DNA from: Coleofasciculus sp. B1-GNL1-01
Lineage (GTDB): Bacteria; Cyanobacteriota; Cyanobacteriia; Cyanobacteriales; Coleofasciculaceae
DNA length: 22,551 nucleotides
Strand: one strand, 5' to 3'
Assembly (NCBI GenBank): GCA_040220235.1
Contig: JAVJTO010000161.1
Shown here: positions 16,497-22,551 of the stretch, piece after piece
Position numbering within the stretch: the first letter of the stretch is position 1
How the letters are laid out: the number at the start of each line of letters is the position of its first letter
The notes under the pieces: generated by a model
Seen by the model: the letters and a program-made list of their open reading frames with translations, nothing else
The model's database searches: none
Told to the model about the DNA's origin: nothing
Made by a program: the position numbers and the translations under genes

Positions 16497-18871
16497 ACCG
16501 CTCGGCAGAAATAAAATACCTTAACAATCGTAAATGCGACGATCGACGGCATCAGAGGTAACCAAAGTCCGGTTCGCCACAGGAAAACAAAGCCGCATCC
16601 CCATAGCGCGGCTAACGCGATACCCCCAGCTAGGATCAGATAGAGTCGCCGCTGATGCCATCGTTCCATGCATACACCTGCGATTCCAGACCAAGCCCAC
16701 ACCCAAAGCAGATCACCCCACTGTGGAAACCACCATACCACAGGTCGCTGATTTAATACGGCACTGATGATGTGACTCACCATCTGCGCCTGGATTTCAA
16801 CCCCTGAGAGTTCTTGAATCGGCTCAAACGCGGCACTGTAGGGAGTGAGATGATAGTCTCCATAGCTGTTGTCGATTGTACCAATCAGCACAATGCGATC
16901 GCGGATTAAGGTTGCCAATTCCCCATCTTTTGACCCGTCTAAAATTTGCTGTAGAGGGACTTTTTGGGCAATTCTCTGTGTCGCCCGGTAATTCAGCACC
17001 ACTTCAAAGCCACCGGAATCGAGATGATGATAGCCTCCCCTGTGGCGTTCCAATTTGGGGAAGATACGGGTGCCAATTTGAAACCGGGTGCGGGAAAGCC
17101 GTTTAAATTCTATATCCCGTGAGGTTAAATAGTGACGGGCAAGCTGAAAACTAAAGGATTGCTGAGTCTGACATTGGGTTCCCGCCGCCATGCCAAAAAT
17201 CTGGCGTCGGATGACTAAATCGGGATCATTGGGGAGATCACTAAACCCTACCTGCTGCACCGGAACGCCTGATTGCGGGGGGATTTCCGGGGATTCTCTC
17301 ACACCTCCCCCGATTTGGCAAATGTCGATAAATCGCTGATCTCGCTCACGAATCGCCTGTTTTGTGGCGTCGGGATCTAGTGTAAACGCCACTGGATCAC
17401 GATAAATGTCTAAACCAATGACAGCGGGTTGGTGGGGTTTAATTTTGTCCAAGAGGTTGACTAACGCCTGATCTGCTAGTGATCCTTGCCGTTTCATTCC
17501 CTGCTGATCTTGATATTGAATATCGGCGGCGTCTATGGTAATAATCACTAGGCGATCATCGGGTAGTTCTGTCGGGCGCATTCGCATCAAAGTATCAAAC
17601 GCCCAAAGTTCTGTAGATTGCAGGAACCCCAACCACCGCACTCCCATCACCAACCCTGTCGCGATCGCACTACTTAAGAGGAGAGTTTGCCAACAGGGGC
17701 GTCTTGCTCCCAGGATAGACGGTTTAGGGGCAGGTTTTGGCTGTTGCCGCCAATCTTGCCAAGTCGGTGCGATTGGTGTCGGTGTTTGTACAATGATCGG
17801 TAACCAGCTTGCACCGGGAAAGTCACCCTCTAATCCTTGCAATCGTTCCCGTGCTTTCCGTACCGCTAAATCGAAGCATCGCCCCCCAGCCAACTCAATC
17901 AGAAAGTATTTAAGGAAGGCTTGGGCTACATGATCGGGGACAGGTTCGCGCATGACAATAATTTGCGGAATCTGTAGATCCGACAGTTGTCGCGCTAATC
18001 CTAACCCATCACAGGAGTTAAAAATTGCCAATTGTAACCCCGCCGCGATCGCTTCATTGAGGGCGTGTTTTAATTGAGGAATGGTTAAACGTTCATGGGG
18101 GTTAATATAAATCTCCCCAGAATTTCCATCTCCTTGGCTAGAACTATGTCCGGCAAAAAAGAGAATCGTCCATCCCTGATGATGCCAAAGCTGCTCATTT
18201 AACTCCTGTCGGCGGGGTTCGACTAAAAAGACGGTTTCGGCACCATCCAGACTAGCAAGGTATTGCCGATCCACATCAATATTAAGTCCCGTAGCATCGC
18301 CGAGAATTGCCAAGATTCTCACGGTTTTAGTTGGCGTTTGAGTTGTTGTTCTCGGTTCAATGTTGAGAGAACTCAACGACACTTCGGCGTGGGGATAATC
18401 CCGAAAAAATCGCCAGGTATACCAGGGTAATTTTCTCAGGTTACTGTCTTCGGTTTGAAGAATGACGCGAATGTCTTGATTCGGGTTAAATTGCTGATAA
18501 AGTTGACGGCATATCGGACTAAATTCTGGGGAATCGAGCCAGGTATCAATCTGCTGTTGTAATTCCTGACAAACCTCAGCAAAATCCGTTTCGCCAACGT
18601 GAGTTACGTCAGTATCATCAATTTGGATATCTTCATCAATGTCGATGGGTTGAGGATGAGAGCGATGGATAATAAATGAACGTGCCTGATAGAGTAAATC
18701 GTAGAGTAATTGCCAGTGGCGGTAAAGTTCCACCAGATGAGGGGCGGCGGGTAAACTGCCGATTACCTGCCGATTTTGGGATTGATCTTGTACCTGTAAC
18801 TGAGCCGTAACCCAGGCAAAGCCATTGTACAAGTCTCCTCGTCCTAGGTTCAAGACCACTAAATTACTCAT
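16493..18871 (-). CDS. CHAT (caspase-like) protease fused to a CHASE2 sensor with C-terminal TM helices (likely start 18871)
   Basis: LPW, FFAGHS and IFNSCDG (His/Cys dyad), MREPVPD; TM helix; CHASE2 motifs ELWAFDTLMRMRP, VIGLDIYRD, DPDLVIRR, GVEIQAQMVS; three C-terminal TM helices and no further output domain. Confidence 0.9.
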   Translation of the reverse strand: MSNLVVLNLGRGDLYNGFAWVTAQLQVQDQSQNRQVIGSLPAAPHLVELYRHWQLLYDLLYQARSFIIHRSHPQPIDIDEDIQIDDTDVTHVGETDFAEVCQELQQQIDTWLDSPEFSPICRQLYQQFNPNQDIRVILQTEDSNLRKLPWYTWRFFRDYPHAEVSLSSLNIEPRTTTQTPTKTVRILAILGDATGLNIDVDRQYLASLDGAETVFLVEPRRQELNEQLWHHQGWTILFFAGHSSSQGDGNSGEIYINPHERLTIPQLKHALNEAIAAGLQLAIFNSCDGLGLARQLSDLQIPQIIVMREPVPDHVAQAFLKYFLIELAGGRCFDLAVRKARERLQGLEGDFPGASWLPIIVQTPTPIAPTWQDWRQQPKPAPKPSILGARRPCWQTLLLSSAIATGLVMGVRWLGFLQSTELWAFDTLMRMRPTELPDDRLVIITIDAADIQYQDQQGMKRQGSLADQALVNLLDKIKPHQPAVIGLDIYRDPVAFTLDPDATKQAIRERDQRFIDICQIGGGVRESPEIPPQSGVPVQQVGFSDLPNDPDLVIRRQIFGMAAGTQCQTQQSFSFQLARHYLTSRDIEFKRLSRTRFQIGTRIFPKLERHRGGYHHLDSGGFEVVLNYRATQRIAQKVPLQQILDGSKDGELATLIRDRIVLIGTIDNSYGDYHLTPYSAAFEPIQELSGVEIQAQMVSHIISAVLNQRPVVWWFPQWGDLLWVWAWSGIAGVCMERWHQRRLYLILAGGIALAALWGCGFVFLWRTGLWLPLMPSIVAFTIVKVFYFCRAV

Positions 18872-20132
18872 CAGTCGCAAACGGCGCGATCGCGAAGTTT
18901 TCGGTAATACTAAATTCACCCAGCGCTACCCGGATGCTGAACTGTTTCCCTACAGGACAGGTGAATCGTTTGAGTTGAATTAAATTATCGTGTATTCGGG
19001 CTTGATATTCCTGAAGTATAGCACCCGATTGAGAGAGTAAGGCGACGCGAATATTAGGGGGTAAGATAGGGGTTTCTCCCACCGGATACAACTGTACCCG
19101 AACACCGATTCGTTCGTCTATCTCTCGGGCTAAACCCACCAACAACGCCACGGCTTGATTGTTGAGTTCTATCCCCAAATCTATTACCTTAATCCCTTCT
19201 ACATAAACTTGTCTCTCTGGATTGCGTTGAGATCGTCTATGTCTAAAACTAACGGCAACCTGGACTGAATTTTGGTTTAAAAAGACGTCTAGAGATTGCC
19301 AACCCGACTCAAATATATTTTGCCACCATTGTCCTAGATTAATCCGGTGTGGATCAGGTTTTGCCACTCTTTGAACTTGTCTTAATCGTCTTTCATATAA
19401 GTCTTGACGCCATTTTTCATTTGTGACAAATGCAGCCCACTGGTCATAAGAAACCGCAAGACGCGGGGTGGAAACAGAGGATTGACTCAGTTGTGCCAAT
19501 AACCGTTCAGCGGTTTCCTGGGTTAAAGATGGTATTGATTCAACTTGTACATTTTTCGGAAAAACGGGTTCAGGTTGGAGTAACATCAGAGTCAGATCTG
19601 GAGTTAAATATTGTCCAGAAATATAATACGCGCGATCGCTTTCTTCGTATATCGCTATTGGCTTCAATTTTTGATAGCTAATATATCCCCACAGTCTCAT
19701 CCAGGATGTATCGGGACTATCCAGGTTTATTTGTACGGCGAGATAATAATCGGCTCTCCAACTGACAATATCCACCCACTCTTGAGGAACACAAACCTCA
19801 TCTAAATCTGTGCTATCTGTGGGAATCAGCGCCAGTCGAATGTTACCGAAGTTAATTAGGCTACCATTGATGAATTCCCATATACTGGGTAAGGATGATT
19901 CTGGAAAAGTACGAATTTGAGTCAATTTTTCGTTCTCTTGTCCTTCTTGACACCACCCCTCCAGCCAAGGGATAAATGCCGTTAAACAGAGTTCATTTAG
20001 GTAGGCATTACAGCGAGTCATCGCATTAGCATGATTTTGCGATCGCTGCCAAGCTTGTTTTTGTTGTTCTTCAGATAAATTCAACCAAATCTGATTGGGA
20101 TACGTCCGGGATAATTCCAGCAAATTAAACAT
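18864..20132 (-). CDS. DUF1822-family protein (likely start 20132)
   Basis: AYLNELCL, SIWEFING, VPQEWVD, ADYYLAVQ, LWGY, NLGQWWQNIFESGWQ, KVIDLG motifs; GGAG RBS before ATG 20132. Confidence 0.85.
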   Translation of the reverse strand: MFNLLELSRTYPNQIWLNLSEEQQKQAWQRSQNHANAMTRCNAYLNELCLTAFIPWLEGWCQEGQENEKLTQIRTFPESSLPSIWEFINGSLINFGNIRLALIPTDSTDLDEVCVPQEWVDIVSWRADYYLAVQINLDSPDTSWMRLWGYISYQKLKPIAIYEESDRAYYISGQYLTPDLTLMLLQPEPVFPKNVQVESIPSLTQETAERLLAQLSQSSVSTPRLAVSYDQWAAFVTNEKWRQDLYERRLRQVQRVAKPDPHRINLGQWWQNIFESGWQSLDVFLNQNSVQVAVSFRHRRSQRNPERQVYVEGIKVIDLGIELNNQAVALLVGLAREIDERIGVRVQLYPVGETPILPPNIRVALLSQSGAILQEYQARIHDNLIQLKRFTCPVGKQFSIRVALGEFSITENFAIAPFATDE

Positions 20133-21969
20133 TATACGACTCTCCACTATGAAGTTCATTTAAATCCAAACAATACAACTGGTTGAGCCAAGTTTCAACA
20201 GCTTGACTCACCTGGTCTTTTTCCGGCTCTAGAGAAATTCCATACGTTCCATAAGTCCACTGGAGTAAAGCCTTCTGTAATTGCTGCTTGGCTTGGTTAA
20301 TGGCTTGGCTTACATTTTCTTTGGGCAAAAGTCGAGCAATTTTTTCTTCAGGCATTCTCTGAGCATACCGCATTTGTATAATTTTTCGGGATTTAATTTC
20401 CGAGAAAGCCATCACGAGTTGGTCAGATATAACTTGCTTGTAGTGGTTTTTGATGAATTGCTCAATATAACTGATCTTGAGTTTGTTTATTGTTTCAATT
20501 GCCGCTAATTCTAAATCATGTTGAACCAAGTTTAATTTTTTCTCAATTGTATCGCTGGACTCATTGTCCAAACACTTAACAATAGTATCAATGCTATAGT
20601 TTTGACCATAGCGCAGTTTTAGGAGCAATTGTAAATGGGGTTCTAGAGATTCAATGGCAACTGTTAAAGCTCTATCGATTTCCTGATTTTGATGAGGATT
20701 AGTAAATCTCTTGGACAAAAACTCTTTTACATAGTTTTGACTCCAAACCTGCAAATCATTATCTAACTGAGTCCGAATCAGACTATCCATTTGAGTTAAT
20801 AGGGGCGATTTGTAGGTATTGGCGATATAACGAGCCACTGTTCCCTGATTGACTCCCACTTTCTTGGCAAACTGTTCTTGAACCAGCAGCGAAAGTTCGT
20901 GAGGATAGCACAAAGGCATAACTGCCGGACGGAATTGCCGAGGAATTTTACTCCGAATTTTGTCGAAATTTTGCTCAACGCGCTGAATTTGTGCCTGTAA
21001 ACTGGGAGTAATTTGATTAATAAATTCAGCAGAGTCTTGGTCAGACTCCAACGTTTCCCAAGGATTAACCGACTGATCATAGTGTTTTTCATAGCTATCG
21101 GCATCCCTAGACAGTTCCACCCGTTTTTTAGAGTTGCGTAACGCCTGAACACAGGTATTCATCCACTGTTGAATCGTCTCCGCTGTTACGTTTGAGCCAG
21201 ACGAAACTTGCAGGGGAGCATCAGCAAGAAATCGATTCAGATTATAGTTTCTAGCCGCTTCCTCAAAATCTGTTTGTTCGGGTTGAACCCACGTCCTGCT
21301 TTTTCTTTGACTTGGATTATAAAGCCGATTATTTTTATAAATAGGAACAAAGCATTGCCAAGCAAAGCAGTATTGAGACACCAGGGGTTCAGTTATCCCT
21401 TGTCGGAATAAAGCCTCTCTCAATTTTTGCACGGCATTATTGAATTTGCGGCGACTGGTGAGATCCACATTGCATAAGAGATGCCAGTCGGATTCCCAAT
21501 TGATTTGGTTAATAATAATATTCTTGAGTGCGCCTTCTACATAAGTTTTTAAATTAGCGGCGTTACTCGTATTGGCATTATGTCCATGAATGATTTTTTT
21601 AAAATGATCGCGATTGTATAGAACGTCAGTTGTCAGATCAAATAAATGGAGACAAGTGGCTAAAGGAAAGGGAAATTTTCGAGCAAACTGGCGGATAAAA
21701 TGGCAGCGAGAGGCATCCAAATAAGCAACCAGATGGAGATGGGCGAATTGTTGTTCCGATTCGGGTTGTGATTCCTGGTTAATAATACTACAGAAATAGT
21801 CAACATAATCATCACTGTGCCACTCTGGATGTAACTGAACCAGTTTTTCCATCTGGCGTTTCAGGCGCTGTTGCATCGATGGCTTGAAGCCACGATAACT
21901 AGGGTGACTGGTTTTCTCGTATAAAATACAGAATTGATCAATGATGTCCTGACGTTGTAAGTTCGACAT
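20125..21969 (-). CDS. Divergent sigma-70-like / multi-HTH transcription factor
   Basis: 614 aa; HLVAYL and NLKTY (region-2-like), SDWHLL, and sigma4-like segments VQEQFAKKVGVNQGTVARYI, LLKLRYGQNYSIDTIVKCL, IIQMRYAQRMPEEKIARLL; first gene of the DUF1822 operon. Confidence 0.65.
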   Translation of the reverse strand: MSNLQRQDIIDQFCILYEKTSHPSYRGFKPSMQQRLKRQMEKLVQLHPEWHSDDYVDYFCSIINQESQPESEQQFAHLHLVAYLDASRCHFIRQFARKFPFPLATCLHLFDLTTDVLYNRDHFKKIIHGHNANTSNAANLKTYVEGALKNIIINQINWESDWHLLCNVDLTSRRKFNNAVQKLREALFRQGITEPLVSQYCFAWQCFVPIYKNNRLYNPSQRKSRTWVQPEQTDFEEAARNYNLNRFLADAPLQVSSGSNVTAETIQQWMNTCVQALRNSKKRVELSRDADSYEKHYDQSVNPWETLESDQDSAEFINQITPSLQAQIQRVEQNFDKIRSKIPRQFRPAVMPLCYPHELSLLVQEQFAKKVGVNQGTVARYIANTYKSPLLTQMDSLIRTQLDNDLQVWSQNYVKEFLSKRFTNPHQNQEIDRALTVAIESLEPHLQLLLKLRYGQNYSIDTIVKCLDNESSDTIEKKLNLVQHDLELAAIETINKLKISYIEQFIKNHYKQVISDQLVMAFSEIKSRKIIQMRYAQRMPEEKIARLLPKENVSQAINQAKQQLQKALLQWTYGTYGISLEPEKDQVSQAVETWLNQLYCLDLNELHSGESYNV

Positions 21970-22064
21970 TGTTATTGGCTCGTGTAGAACTTAGAATGCT
22001 GATACGTTATCGCTATCGTCATCAAGGTTAGGAAAAATTTAACAGATCTCGCAACCCAGTTACA

Positions 22065-22365
22065 CTGAAGTTACCCTTTTGCAAATCGCTACACCGTATG
22101 CCTATCCAGGCTTAGGGCGATTTTTATTTCGGCTTCACTGGGTACAAATCAGGCTGACGCCCAACAAATCTAAAGCCTTTCTTTGTACAGGAGTCGGTTC
22201 CGTTACCTTGTCAAAGTCGAAATTTACACCTGGGATATTAGACTGAATTCGATTGTTAACAATTGTCCCTAAATCAGCCAACAGGGTTTGAAAGCTATGC
22301 ACAGGCAAATTATCGGCTGTCCGCTTCTTTTGGGCTTTCTTATGTGCCGAATCGCTCCGAACACC
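22065..22365 (-). pseudogene. IS1634-family transposase C-terminal remnant with right terminus
   Basis: Manual translation VRSDSAHKKAQKKRTADNLPVHSFQTLLADLGTIVNNRI...EPTPVQRKALDLLGVSLICTQ* (stop 22137-22135); terminus GGGTAACTTCAG (22076-22065). Confidence 0.8.
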
Positions 22366-22550
22366 GGCTCTCCCGTACTTAGGGTGATAATAAAGTCTTA
22401 TGAATTAAGCCAAAGTCCCACGGTGTAATGCTTGTAGGTTGGGTTGACGAAGGAAACCCAACTAATTAAGCGATTAAGCTAGGTTTTCTTCAAATCAAGC
22501 CAATCGCTACACATATAAGGAAAATTTATCACCTTATGTACGGGAGAGCC
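22366..22550. mobile_element. 185-bp MITE with 25-bp terminal inverted repeats (GGCTCT ends, ISL3-like)
   Basis: GGCTCTCCCGTACTTAGGGTGATAA (22366-22390) versus TTATCACCTTATGTACGGGAGAGCC (22526-22550): 23/25 match. Confidence 0.8.
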
Positions 22551-22551
22551 A

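Larger units (their letters stand above)
552..20046. repeat. HIP1 octamers GCGATCGC (at least 16 dispersed copies)
   Basis: Starts at 552, 2532, 4704, 6620, 8183, 12674, 12918, 13572, 15576, 16017, 16895, 17661, 18045, 18886, 19632, 20039. Confidence 0.9.

Noticed and set aside
2856..21411. Short antisense or overlapping ORFs in the track (e.g. 2856-3050, 3419-3778, 4253-4468, 4984-5187, 6727-7215, 8701-8916, 11106-11372, 14302-14517, 17535-17933, 20796-21152)
   Set aside because: Shadows of well-supported genes or translations of repeats and MITEs, with no recognisable motifs.

Overview
Cyanobacterial chromosomal window (at least 16 HIP1 GCGATCGC octamers, heptamer tandem repeats, many REP/MITE-like intergenic repeats). 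Left to right: (1) a nested pile of IS remnants (1-1668); (2) housekeeping genes: alpha/beta-hydrolase-fold protein, conserved hypothetical protein, divergent type II peroxiredoxin / PerR pair with a 7-1-7 operator, CHASE4-HAMP adenylate cyclase, Tab2-family protein; (3) a TnpB-only IS200/IS605 element (~8858-12264, minus strand) whose tnpB is split exactly between codons by a 2028-nt group II intron (9961-11988) encoding an intact RT-maturase-HNH protein; (4) DUF2062 and two tandem MscS genes; (5) an overlapping four-gene operon: sigma-70-like protein, DUF1822, CHAT protease + CHASE2 membrane sensor, secreted DUF928; (6) an IS1634 remnant cut by a 185-bp MITE. Two standouts. First, the intron has exact ends and recognisable domains II-VI but appears to lack essentially all of domain I (only 131 nt from GUGCG to the RT start), so it has no obvious cis exon-binding sites, yet in-silico splicing restores a 420-aa TnpB with all RuvC residues. 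Second, the sigma/DUF1822/CHAT-CHASE2/DUF928 operon looks like a caspase-like-protease-gated sigma-factor pathway. Family assignments come from motif recognition by eye, not database searches.
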